Below are positions 39,181 to 50,989 of a stretch of 64,000 nt of DNA, piece by piece. Every line of letters begins with the position of its first letter. Position 1 is the stretch's first letter. Source of the DNA: Hypanus sabinus (lineage: Eukaryota); the NCBI RefSeq assembly GCF_030144855.1, contig NC_082736.1, positions 9,920,001 to 9,984,000 of the forward strand. Reading direction: 5' to 3'. Made by a program: the position numbers and the translations under genes. The notes below the pieces were generated by a model that saw only the letters and a program-made list of their open reading frames with translations, searched no databases and was not told the origin of the DNA.

Positions 39181-39343
39181 ACTATTATTAAAATATAATT
39201 TGAAATTAAATAATTCCAGACCTGTTTTAAGATTGGGTCTTCGCATTTCCCTCTGTTACTGAAACAGGGCCCATTTAATACAAATGTAGTTGATATTGGA
39301 GTGTCTGGGAACTCAATTCTCTGATTCCTTTCAAACCTTTCAA

Positions 39344-39885
39344 AACTGTGTGCAGTTTTGGTCCCCTAATCTGAGGAAAGACATTCTTGCCATAGAGGGA
39401 GTACAAAGAAGGTTCACTAGATTGATTCCTGGGATGGCAGGACTTTCATTTGAAGAAAGACTGGATCGACTGGGCTTATACTCACTGGGATTTAGAAAAT
39501 TGAGGAGGGATCTTATTGAAACGTATACAATTCTAAAGGGATTGGACAGGAAGATGGTTCCCGGTGTTCTGGAAGTACAGAACAAGGGGTCAGAGTTTAA
39601 GAATAAAGGGGAAGCCTTTTAGGACCGAGATGAGGAGAAATTTCTTCAAACAGAGAGTGGTGGTTCTGTGCAATTCTCTGCAACAGGAAACAGTTGAGGC
39701 TGGTTTATTGGCTATCTTTCAGAGGGAGTTAGATATGGCCCTTGTGGGTAAAGGGATCAGGAGATATGGAGAGAAAGCAGGTACGGGGTTCTGAGTTGGA
39801 TGATCAGCTATGATCATACTGAATGGCAGTGCAGGCTCGAAGGGCCGAAGGGCCTACTCCTGCACCTATTTTCTATGTTTCCATG
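39344..39885 (+). mobile_element. Comparatively young 5'-truncated CR1 LINE
   Basis: CVQFWSPNLRKDILAIEGVQRRFTRLIPGM..; intact tail GGCTCGAAGGGCCG..CCTACTCCTGCACCTATTTTCTATGTTTC. Confidence 0.9.
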
Positions 39886-40305
39886 AACCGAAAAAAAACT
39901 GACCCTCAGCTTCTGCCCACAGTCGGTCACTGTGTGAACGTTATCAGGTTATAGACAAACGGCTCTTCTCAAATTGTGACCAGCGTCTAGTCTGCAATTT
40001 TAAAAAGTTGTTCTATGAAATAGTCATGAGGTCTTCCAGGCTTGTGTTAAAATGAGATTCAGGTGTTAGCCAACTGCAACCAATAAACTCCTGAAGCCAG
40101 AAATAAAACAACAACGGCAGCAATCCTCCGCTTGGCGTGGATACCGAGTGGGACGGACTGATGTGGAGGGGAGGTAACGATTCCTTTTCACTGCAGTGGG
40201 AGTTTATGCCAACCGTGACTTAGCTCTTGTAAAAGTCACCGGACATAAAATATGTATAATTTATTATCTAAATGGTAGTACAATTCTCTCATTGAAATTG
40301 TGAGT

Positions 40306-40321
40306 GGCTCTTAAAAGAGCC
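40306..40321 (-). terminator. Histone 3' stem-loop (truncated H2B)
   Basis: Minus strand GGCTCTTTTAAGAGCC ACTCA. Confidence 0.93.
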
Positions 40322-40352
40322 GTTGTGTTTTCGATCATCTCACTGGACAGCT

Positions 40353-40595
40353 TCACTTGGAGCTGGTGTACTTGGTCACCGCCTTTGTCCCTTCGGACAC
40401 GGCGTGCTTGGCCAGCTCCCCGGGCAGCAGCAGGCGCACGGCGGTCTGAATCTCCCGGGAAGTGATGGTTGACCGCTTGTTGTAATGTGCCAGGCGGGAA
40501 GCCTCACCCGCGAAATGCTCGAAGATATCGTTCATGAGCGAGTTCATGATGCTCATGGCCTTGGAGGAGATGCCAGTATCGGGGTGAACCTGCTT
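40353..40595 (-). pseudogene. H2B: Histone H2B pseudogene, 5' part missing
   Basis: Homology begins abruptly at [14 protein letters not shown] and runs to KYTSSK-stop; substitutions [13 protein letters not shown]; no N-terminus or promoter adjacent. Confidence 0.93.
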
Positions 40596-41112
40596 TGTCT
40601 CTCTCCACTGCCCATTGTCGCTTTGGGTAACACCGTGGACTGGGAACTGGTGCTGATCACTGGGAGTTGCCGCTGTTGGGTAATTCGGCAGCAAGGAAAT
40701 CGAAAATACAAAATGAACCATAAATTACAGGCGCAGTATTCGGCCATTCAACCTATTGTATCTGGTAGAAAAGCAGATCGAATGAGAAAAACACACACTT
40801 GAAAATATGAAACGTTTATGTAATGAAACATGGCAGCAGGAGATCGAAAGTCATCATGAGAGACCCATTTCAGAGTGAGGGTGAAAGTTGTTTATTGTTA
40901 TATACAACTGGCTTACAGCAGATTCAAAGACTCACAGTATCGGAGACAAAACATTCACAGAATAAAATCATACTCTACAGAATTATAAAGAGGTAACAGA
41001 ATTACAACAAGAGCCAATTGCATTGTAAAGTGGTGCTACTGAGGTGGTGATGAGGGTTGTCCATGTTTGTTAAACCACAGAATGTCTGTACCCGTCTGTG
41101 AAAGTGTAGACT

Positions 41113-41525
41113 GTGAAAGTGTGGGTTCATTCTGTATCTGTCAGTCTCCGGTACAGTGTGAAAGTGTGGGGTCATTCTGTATCTGTCAGTCTCTGGTACA
41201 GTGTGAAAGTGTGGGGTCATTCTGTATCTGTCAGTCTCTGGTACAGTGTGAGAGTGCGGGGTTCATTCTGTATCTGTCAGTCTCTGGTACAGTGTGAAAG
41301 TGTGGGGTCATTCTATATCTGTCAGTCTCTGGTACAGTGTGAGAGCTTGGGGTTCATTCTGTATCTGTCAGTCTCTGGTACAGTGTGAGAGTGTGGGGTC
41401 ATTCTGTATCTGTCAGTCTCTGGTACAGTGTGAGAGTGCAGGGTTCATTCTGTACCTGTCACTGTCTGGTACAGTGTGGCAGTTGGACTTCACACTGTAT
41501 CTTCCAGTTTCTCATGCAGTGTAAA
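41113..41525. repeat. 45-bp minisatellite, ~8 good copies plus degenerate ends
   Basis: Unit GTGAAAGTGTGGGGTCATTCTGTATCTGTCAGTCTCTGGTACAGT; 15-aa periodicity in the ORF track. Confidence 0.95.
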
Positions 41526-41599
41526 TGTATTAAGTTCTTTCAGATTCAGTCTTACTATTGAACGCTGATTAGATCAAGTTTGCTTCTTAAATAAAATCA

Positions 41600-42072
41600 T
41601 ACAATGCGATGAGGCCACACTTAACTTGGAAGAACAACATTTTCATCTGGGTAGCTTCCAAACTGATAGCATGAACATCAAATCCTTGAATGTCTAGTAA
41701 TGCCCCCCTCACTAGTTCCCCTCCCCTTTTTCTTCTCTCACCTTGCCCACCCATCCCCTCCCCCGTGTGCTCTTCCCCCCCTCCTCGTTTCTTTCTTCCA
41801 TGACCTTCGCTCTCTTTCACCAATCTTCCCAGCTCTTTACTTCATTCCTCCCTTTCAAGATTCACCCATCACCTTGTTTTCTCTCTCCCTTATCCCCAGC
41901 TTTTAACTCTACTCCTCATCTTTTTTGTCTCCAGTCTTGCCGAATGTTTTTGGACTGAAACATTGACTGTATTTTTTTGTCCTACAGATGCTGCCTGGCC
42001 TGCTGAGTTCCTTCAGCACTCAGCGTGTGTTGCTTGGATTTCCAGCAACTGCAGATTTTCTCTTGTTTGTGA
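41600..42072 (+). mobile_element. Penelope-like fragment with 3' tail
   Basis: GAGGCCACACTTAACTTGGAAGAACAACAT..CTGGGTAGCTTCCAA, pyrimidine tract, GATGCTGCCTGGCCTGCTGAGTTCC tail. Confidence 0.75.
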
Positions 42073-42205
42073 CACAGTGTTGTATATTGGTATCTCGGGG
42101 ATGATGTATCTGGTTACATTGAACTACTCTGAATGGACTTTGCAGCAGAGCATCCAGAGCAACAAGACCAGACCATTGAATCCAACTCTGGGCTTGTGAT
42201 AAATA

Positions 42206-42961
42206 TGTAACTTCCCTCGAGTTCTGTGTGTGAGGGTTTGAATGGTGCGTATTGTTACGAAGGATGAACAACTCTGTTGGGCAGAAGGGTGCAAAAGCGC
42301 CCATGCCCGCCCCCCCCCCACTTTTGGAGAATCGCAAATCGCTACTATTTGGATGCTGTTATCAAGGAAGTAAGAGAGATAAAGGAAAGCTGCCAGAGCA
42401 GTTGTTATTGATAACAGCTCATGAAAGAGAATGAGAGACACAGCTAAGATGGAACGTCTCCTACTGACAAAAGCCATTGATTTACTGCTATTGTCTTGTG
42501 GAGAAGGATTGTTTACTTGGTACAGTTCTATTCATTGAAACCCCTCAGGGGGCAACCAGAGTGGGCTGGTTTGATGGGTAGATCATCCCAACCTGACTGA
42601 CACCTGAGACCCTGTGAGTGGGGATAAAAGTGAGGTCTGGGGTAACACCCCTCAGACACACCAGGAGAAATGCTAGTGAGCATTAGAACCCCACGAGACA
42701 GGGTGGGATATCGGAGACTGAATGAAGGATTGGTAATTTTTAACTCAGAGTGTTTTGTAGCGAGACCGGTGGGGGCTTGTGTGTGTGTCCACCCTTGCCT
42801 GGGTGCTGAGTCCACCACGGAAGAACAGTCTAGCTAAAGGATGGAGGGGTCATATGTGAATGGCCACAACAACAACGCATTGACGGATCAAAATGGTAAA
42901 TGAAGGTTGGCAATGCGTTGTTGTTGTGGCCATTCACATAATAGCTGTTACTGTTCACACA

Positions 42962-43001
<40 letters not shown>

Positions 43002-43277
43002 AATTGAAACACCGTGACAAACAACTACCGCAACCTGCATGAACTGAACGGAACTTTATATTTTCATCTGACAATTCATTATCCCCTAGACAACGATAGA
43101 GCTTGTTTCACTAGTGATTATTATTATACTCGCACTTTTAAGTTTAGTATTGTTAACGTATATTTGCATTGCTATTATTTTGTATATTTTTGCTAATAAA
43201 TATTGTTGAAAATAGTATCACCAGACTCGAATGGATACCTGTCTTTGCTGGTAAGACACCCAGTTACAGGGTATGTA
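42206..43277 (+). mobile_element. Probable solo LTR (ends uncertain)
   Basis: TGTAAC start and ..CAGTTACA near the end, internal (CT)n at ~42965-42998, AATAAA at ~43195; no TSD confirmed. Confidence 0.5.
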
Positions 43278-44199
43278 TTGAGTATCATGTAGCAACATTT
43301 GGAGTGATGGAATTGAGAATGATTTTAACTGTAGATATGTAACCAGTGTGTCCACACAGTGATCAATGATGGGGCCTCTGTATGATCAGATTAAAATACA
43401 CACGGGCTGATCAGATCACTGTTGATATGAATGTTGGTGCAGTTGTGGGTGGTGAGGAAGGTTGTCAAATGGACAGTACTGACATTGAAAGGAAATAAAC
43501 TGCTATAACGATCACAGAGGGGGAGCAGTGAGAGGACTGGGGGGGGGGGAGGGGTGTCTGTGTAGATTAATGTAATGGGTGGAAACATGCAGAATTAACA
43601 ACCACCAACATTGAGTTGTGTTTCTCTTTAAAAGGCTGGACAGATGTTATGATGTAATTATGTCATTTTATTTTAAACTGTGCTTTGTTTCTGTGTTTGG
43701 AGGATAATAAATGAGTTGTTACAGTTGTCACTAAACATAAAATGCCTCATGCCATTTTATTTGTAAAAACCCACAATAACATACTGGGTACCAGTAGCAT
43801 TCACACTACAAGAATACCACAGTGTCAGTCTGCAACGAGAAAGCCTGATCACATTCTCTTCAGGTTCAATGGCATTGCTGACTCCGAGTTTACCACTGCC
43901 AAATGCCAACAAATGTGTGTTCTTAGTAGGTCTGTGGGAGATACCCAGAATGTGAAGTTGTACGAATGGAGAGAGACAAACTGAGCCAAGTCACAGCTTG
44001 ATGAAGGGCAGAGAGGAAAACAGAGAATCTGATGTTGTGTCCTTATGCCTGAACTATTCTCAGCTGGAAATGTTGATCCAGCAAATTGTGTTCAGCCTCT
44101 CCTTAACAGTGTGACATCAGACATCAATGAAAAAAACTAAATAATCTCAGCTGAAATGTTGTCTTTCACCTATTGGTCTTCTTTGCAAACATTTTACAG

Positions 44200-44812
44200 G
44201 GCAGAAAAGGCAAAGAATTTATGTCTGAGAATCTCAAACGCAACAGTGTGTCTGGACTCATGTGATTGTCAGTTCCCTGACATTTGAATACTACTAATCA
44301 TTGAATGTGAAGGAGGAGATGGTTGAGAAGACTGCCCACCAGTCTGAGCAAGGAGAACCCCAATACGTGGACATGTCCTTCATCTGACCTGATAAATGGC
44401 CACAGAGTTGATACCGCTGAGCTGACATTCACTTCCTCTCATTTTGCAAGGGATTCACCAGGCCACTGAACCTGCAGATACACCAGCCAGTTCACATGGG
44501 GAGAGGGCATTAACCTGCTCTGTGTGTGGGAGAGGATTCATTCAGTCACATGAGCTCTTACTCCATCAGCCGGGTCACATCGGTGAGCAGCTAGACTTGG
44601 CTCAGTTGTCTCTGTCTCTCAGTATAGCTTCACACCTGTTCCAAGCGTGGGAGGAGATTCACTCAGTTCACCCATTTTGTGAGGCTCCAGCAAGTTTAAA
44701 ATACATAGAGGACACACTTCGGTCTTGTGTCAGCAAAGAAATTTACTCAGTCATCCCACCTGCAGAAACACTGGCAACTTCACATCAGGGAGGAAGTTTA
44801 ATAAAGCTCTAG
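44200..44812 (+). pseudogene. Degenerate C2H2 zinc-finger coding exon
   Basis: Acceptor TTTTACAG at 44192-44199; GERALTCSVCGRGFIQSHELLLHQPGH and, in another frame, FTQSSHLQKHWQLH; several broken fingers. Confidence 0.8.
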
Positions 44813-45620
44813 GTGAACATTTTAACCATCATGATGACTGAATCTAGTTGGAAGTTCATGTGAGACTGTCAATATCAGATTTTGCAGATATTGTGACTGA
44901 ACCCTGGTCACTGAGCATTGGAGTGTTTGTTCTGCTGAAGTTAGTCTGAAAATACTCTGGCATTAATGTTGTGGATCTGTGACAAATTAATCAGCTCTAT
45001 TTCAAATCTTGTGTCTCAGGAGCTTCCTGCCTGTCACACAGCTAATGTACAGTAGAAAGGCCACTCAGTTCATCTGGTACCGGCTTTTGTTCCTTTTCTA
45101 CCCCAGAGCTTTCAAATCCATCACTGCTGTTCACCTGTCACTCACCCTATAATATACATTTTGCAACTGCTCAGCTTGTGATACAGAGGTTTACTTTGAA
45201 TTAAATCCATAACTTTCTGGAAACTGCAGAAGATGAATTCACTAGGGTTTTGTCCCAAATAGTCTTCATTCCTCACAGCTCTGGACCAAGGATGACGTCT
45301 TGTGTGGTTAAAATCTTCGTGTTCTGCTCTATTCATTGTTTTGGGTCATTTTCACTGATTTTGAAGGGCTGTGCCTCACACAGCCAGGCTGTTGCAATAC
45401 AATGCTGTCCTCTGAAATATGAGCAGAATGGTGGTTAAATATTCGATGGAGCAGAAACAAGAGAGCTCTACACTAATGAGGGCTTTGGGACTCCAGACGT
45501 GATGGAGCCTCAAGTTTACAGGGTGTAGAAGGAAGGATTCAGACCAGGAGGATGAGGCTACAAATGAAAGTTCAGAAACATTTGGCAACTGATTGACTAA
45601 AAAAGGAGGTTTATATTTGC

Positions 45621-45773
45621 AAAATGCTGGGGGGACTCAGTGGCCCAGGCGGCATCTATGGAGAGGAATAAATAGTGAATATTATGGGCCAAGACACTTC
45701 ATCCTATCTAGACTGTTTATTCCTCTGCTTAGATGCTGCCTGACCTGCTGAGTTCCCACAGTACTTTGTGTGT
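45621..45773. mobile_element. Fold-back Penelope-derived element
   Basis: AAAATGCTGG..GGCATCTATGG and AGATGCTGCCTGACCTGCTGAGTTCCC as inverted arms. Confidence 0.7.
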
Positions 45774-45884
45774 GGTACTTTGCAGATTATTCTCAGCATC
45801 TGCTGAACCTCAAGTTTCAAATCTACATTTCTAAGTGAGTGGGACTTAGACATTTTGTCACACAAACTTCCCGTTGTCATTGAG

Positions 45885-46350
45885 AAACAGGAGAAAATCT
45901 GCAGATGCTCAAAATCCAAGGAACACACACAAAATGCTGGAGAAACAAAAAATGCTGAAAAAACAACGAGGAGTAAATTTTAAAGATGGGGGAGGGGAGC
46001 TAGAAACACAAAGTGATAGGTGGAACTCGGAGGGGGGACAGATGAAGTCAAGAGCTGGGAAGTTGAGTGGTGAAAGAGATACAGGGCTGGAGACGGTGGA
46101 GTCTGATAAGAGAACAGAAGGCCATGGAAGTAAGAAGATTGGGGAGGAACACTCGAGGGAGGTGATGGGCAGGTAACAAATGTGAAAAGGGGATGGGGAA
46201 TGATGATGGAGGGGAGGCATGACCAGAAGATGAAGAAATCAATGTTCATTCAATCAGATTGGAGGCTACCCAGGTGGAATACAAGGTGTTGTTCCTCCTA
46301 CCTGAGTGTGGCCTCATTGGGACAGTATAGGAGGCCATGGATTGACATTT
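45885..46350 (-). mobile_element. Penelope-like fragment
   Basis: Reverse complement of GAGGCCACACTCAGG..GAACAACACCTTGTATTCCACCTGGGTAGCCTCCAA; purine-rich tract; AAAATGCTGGAG tail. Confidence 0.75.
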
Positions 46351-46409
46351 CCATTGATTATGTTGTTTGTGGAAGCTTGCTGTGTTGAAGTAGATGCTGA
46401 GTTTTCTGC

Positions 46410-48036
46410 ATAAAAACATTGACAGCTTTTGGGACATGTGGCATTGAACCAGCATTTGCCCCTCAAATTAATCCAGTATATTAACAACAGCACATCACCT
46501 CCCTTTTCCAAAATATTATTCAACCATTCTATCACCATAAATTCCATAACTTTACACAAATGGGACATCAGTGATATTGGTCTATAACTAGAAGTATCCA
46601 ACAGGGGTTTCCCAGGTTTTAGAAAAGACACTACAATTGCCATTTTCCATGAGGAGGGAAGATGGCCTGGAAGTCCAAGTATGATTCAAAAAGTGCAATA
46701 TTATCTCAAAAGAGTTGTTGGCCATACATTTAAACATGCAATAACATGTATCATTCATTCCTGGAGTCATCTGACCTGTACTATTAATAGCTTCCTTTAA
46801 TTCACACAAAGGAAACTCTACATCACTATCATTTCTACAGCTGGTTTCCAATATATTAAGGTATTCTCTTAAAAGCTTATCCCTACATTGTTTAGTCTCT
46901 GAACCAATTTTGATTATGAATTGCAGCAAATGACCGAGCCAGTACTCAACCTTCTCTCTTTCAGGAACAATTGTATTAACTTTTTCAATCAATACTGGGA
47001 ACACTGTGAATCCCACACTCCCATTTTCTTAATCATTCCCCAAACATCTCCAAGTTTAATAGTCCTTCCAATACTATCACAATATGACCTCCAGTAAATC
47101 TTTTTCACAACCTTCATTACTTTCCTCATCACGGCCTGTGACCTGTTACACTAAATATGATCATTCGGAGAGTGATACAGTACTTCTTAACTTTCTCTCA
47201 GTATTTGTCTCTGCACACTCCTCCATCCACCATGGTACAGCCTTTCTCTATTAATGCACTTTTTAATATGAATCTCATCCACCCCAGTTTGATGAATAAC
47301 ATGACGTTTCTTTGCAGAAATCCACATCATTCTCACCATTCAGCTCATACAGATGCTCACTACATAAATCATTAAAATGTCTCCCAATTTGCTTTACTGA
47401 AGTTCCACCTCCTAAAAGTGGCTTCCTGCCCCTGTTATAAATCCAAACCCAAGCTTACAAATATAGGGAAATTGACACTTCCCAATGCTTCATCACCCAT
47501 GACATCTCACGACTCACTCCAATGTTCAAAACTAAAGTTAATTTACAGTAGTTTCCTAACTATTGTGCACATTAAATCTTGTTCCTCTCCCACCATTAAA
47601 ACACACAAGATGTGAAATATCTAAAACTCCTCTACAATCAAACCATCACCATCATTCTGAGAACAAACCCACAGTTTACTATGTGTTAAAATCCCCACAC
47701 CATACGGCCCTTAGTGAGATAATGGACTCCAACTTATACTCTCCAACAAATCAATCAAAAGCTTTCCACAATGGTTATAATAATATACCACTTTAAAGCC
47801 CCTACCTGTGGAAAAACATATGTCTTCAAATGCCTCATACATTTCATATATATCCAAAACTTTAAGCCCTCTCATTATGAAACATGCAACACAATGCCCA
47901 ATTACAATATAATCTTGGAAAGAAGCACTTAAATGTGGTAGCAACCAGGTTTCCTGAATACATACAACATCAGATAGATTTGATTTTTATTTTCAGAAAT
48001 TAACTTGAGGTCTTGACCATGAGAAATCAGGCTTCG
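46410..48036 (-). mobile_element. Nimb/I-like LINE ORF2 fragment (APE endonuclease to start of RT)
   Basis: Minus strand RSLISHGQDLK, DVVCIQETWL, VWCGDFN, KPGK..SSYRPISLMSHLCKVME; clade assignment tentative. Confidence 0.75.
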
Positions 48037-48039
48037 GAA

Positions 48040-48260
48040 AGCGTTTCTTATAAAGCGCCCTTCTTCTAGAGTCTGGGGGAATGTACTGGGATGTTAATGA
48101 TTGGTGAATCTGTGACTGATCTGATTGGAAAGAGCAAATATTCCAATCAGGGAGCTGCTTTTTTTCCAATCAAGAGACAGCAACGACAGAAGCGCGAAAA
48201 ATAACCGTCTAACCGCCGAAATAAACTCAAAATTGCAAAACACCGCCACAAACGCCTTTG
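48040..48260 (-). promoter_or_regulatory. Orphan histone (H2A-type) promoter without coding sequence
   Basis: TTTATAA (48048-48054, minus); CCAAT boxes at 48100, 48124, 48143 and 48166; spacing and intervening sequence resemble the H2A promoter. Confidence 0.65.
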
Positions 48261-48863
48261 TTGCTAAAATTAAACCACAACAGGTTTGTTTGTCTCCCCT
48301 TTACCCACGTTACTGAAGACCGAAATATTTAAACCAAGTAGAGTCAATATTGCGATGGTGTCTGGTATTTTAGTTCACCGACTTCCATCAATTGATAAAT
48401 GATCAGAATAAAACCGATTGTCAGCGTCTATTCGCGGTCGGTCATTGTGTAGACTCAAGTCAGTTTACCATCGGGTCGCCCTCCAGAAAGTGGGCTTCAG
48501 AAATACTCTGAACGAACCGTGACAGTGTACGGCACTCGCGTTGGAATGTAGTTAAGAGAAGTAAACAAAATGGGACAAAACTTAATGAACCGCATTCCCC
48601 GCAGAAACTAAACCAGAAACAATTAGTGTCACGTTAGGGAAATTTGATGACCTAGAAGTAACAACGGGGAAGGGGTGCGTAACTATTCCGTGTCTGTGCA
48701 GAGGGCAGGAATTAACAGGGAAATCGGGATTACACTGAAGATTGGACAGCAAGTTCTGAGTAACGGAAATAAGATTCTGAATGAGCGCATCAACAAAAAA
48801 TTTACAAATTTACCTCAAATCCATGTCTCAACATTGAATAACTCTTTTAATGAAACCGTGAGT

Positions 48864-48879
48864 GGCTCTTAAAAGAGCC
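48864..48879 (-). terminator. Histone 3' stem-loop (second H2B)
   Basis: Minus strand GGCTCTTTTAAGAGCC ACTCA; downstream element AAAAGAGTT. Confidence 0.95.
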
Positions 48880-48904
48880 TTTGATTTTCGGGTTTGTTTT
48901 GTCT

Positions 48905-49278
48905 TTACTGGAGCTGGTGTACTTGGTCTCCGCCTTTGTCCCTTCGGACACGGCGTGCTTGGCCAGCTCCCCGGGCAGCAGCAGGCGCACGGAGGTCTGG
49001 ATCTCCCGGGAGCTGATGGTAGACGGCTTGTTGTAATGGGCCAGACGGGAAGCCTCGCCCCCGATGCGCTCGAAAATATCGTTCACGAATGAATTCATGA
49101 CGGTCATGGCCTTGGAGGAGATGCCGGTGTCGGGATGAACCTGCTTCATCACTTTGTAGATGTAGATGGCGTAACTCTCCTTCCTCGTCCTCTTGCGCTT
49201 CTTGCCAGACTTGCTCGCCGGTTTGGACAGAGCTTTCTTGGCGCCCTTCTTGGGAGCGGGTTTCGGTGGATCAGGCAT
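48905..49278 (-). pseudogene. H2B: Histone H2B, full length but stop lost; probable pseudogene
   Basis: [15 protein letters not shown]..; TCC AGT AA instead of TCC AAG TAA (1-nt loss); substitutions ERIGGE, NKPST, QTSVR, KAETK. Confidence 0.85.
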
Positions 49279-49324
49279 TTCCCCGTCGGTTTCAAACACA
49301 ATAATAAGCAGAAGCTGTTCGCAG

Positions 49325-49570
49325 CCCGGATTAAATAGGCAGTGCCCAAAGTGGAATGTTAATAATGATGGGAATGCTGAGCATTCCCATTGGCTGTTTG
49401 GAGAAAGGAATCACCAATCGGAACGCTGGGGGATGGGAAGCGGCGCCAATGTGTGGCGGTTACCGCTGTCGTTTAATGCGGGAAGAAGTACAGAAGGGCA
49501 GAGACAGGCGGGGGTGCGGGCTGAAATTGAAAAGGGAAACGCAAATTTCAAAAGTACAATGCAAATAAAA
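49325..49570 (-). promoter_or_regulatory. Histone H2B promoter
   Basis: TATTTAA (49331-49337, minus), octamer-like ATTAACAT, CCAAT boxes, ATGCAAAT at ~49559. Confidence 0.65.
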
Positions 49571-50529
49571 TCAGATGAAATATAGTAAAATTAAAGACTG
49601 AAACGTTTAGTTCATGACACAGGGCAGCAAGAGAGCGAAGGAGAGGTTTGGACATTTCAATGTAAAGTTCAAATCGAGTTTATTTGTGCCCAGGAGAAAG
49701 GAACAACGTATTTGTAGCTGCATCACAGACACATTGCATCAGACACAACGTTGACAAAAAAAACTGAAATTAAATATGAATTATACCAAAATATTCAAAC
49801 AGACAGAGGACTATCAGAATAAAATTAAAATAACAAAGAAACCGTGCGGACAGTTGGAGAATCACCCCTCTTGTGCTTCTTCATCTCGTCACTCTCGATT
49901 AAGCGTCACGCAACGCTGCCACTTTGATCCCGCCCATCCCTTCACTAACCAGGACCAACTCTTGCCTTTATTGTATTTCCCTCCTCCTTACACATTGGGT
50001 TTGTGGGGGTTTGGTTAATCGGGGTGTGTGCCCCCTTGGACCTGAGGATTAGGTTTCAGGGTAGGGCTGGTGCATGTATTTGTGAGGCTGGGAGAGATAA
50101 AGCTGTGGAGATTAGTATGGTGAGATACGTGGGGCTATGGTGGATCGGGTCGTGTAGTGGAGCCACTTTGATCTAGCCGATGCCTTTCATTAATGTGGTC
50201 CGACACCACTTGGCTTAATGAACAAAGGGACACATCATTAGCAATGCAACCTGGGTCACTGTGGGTTTCCGGTCTTTAATCATGAGACTTCCTCACCCAG
50301 GCGAACCAGGCAGGGTTGATCAGGCCAAGCTTGTGTTTATCCCATTGGCCAAGATAATGAGAGGCATGTAATCCTACATGTTGTGGATATTTTAGACCTT
50401 GTTACTTGGCCTTATTTTGACCATTTGGGTAGTACAATCTTCTGAGGCTTATAATCAGGCTTTACCTCCTAGTAAGGTTCAACTTCCCTACTTTAAATTT
50501 ACACCTGTCTTTATTTATTACAATCAGAC

Positions 50530-50825
50530 CACACAGCTTCAAAATAGAGCGGCATCCTTTTAGAATGCAGATGAGGAGGAGTTTCTTCAGGCAGAGAGTG
50601 GTGAATCGGTGGAATTTTTTTGCCACAGGCAGCTCTGGAAGCAAAAATCACTGGGTATAGGCAGAGATTGATGAATTCCTGATTGGTCAGGGAATGAGGG
50701 GATACAAGGGAAGGAAGGCAATTGGGACTAAGAGGAAAATATGATCAGTGATGATGAAATGCCAGAGAAGGTTCAACAGGCAAAATGGCCGAATTCTGCT
50801 CCTATATCTGATGGTCTTATGGACT
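50530..50825 (+). mobile_element. CR1 3' end
   Basis: GATGAGGAGGAGTTTCTTCAGGCAGAGAGTGGTGAATC; tail AATTCTGCTCCTATATCTGATGGTCTTATGG. Confidence 0.75.
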
Positions 50826-50989
50826 CATTCAGTGACTAAAATTCTCCCAGACACTGCTGATCTCAGCTTTGACTCAACACAGCACCTGAGGCTCCAGATT
50901 ACTTATATATGGAATGCAGAAGTCCTTTCTGCTCAGATTAAAGAAATATCATCTCTTTTCCACCCTGAATGCTTGTCATCTCATTCTGA

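Noticed and set aside
40596-40721. Chimeric H2B with a novel N-terminus (ORF 40353-40721)
   Set aside because: The upstream part is unrelated sequence across a breakpoint, and I see no promoter; a chance open frame is likely, though expression cannot be excluded
41113-41525. CRISPR-like array
   Set aside because: Contiguous tandem units with no unique spacers, in eukaryotic DNA with no cas genes
49900-50520. Possible retroviral or LTR remnant upstream of H2B
   Set aside because: No terminal repeats, PBS or recognisable protein motif found
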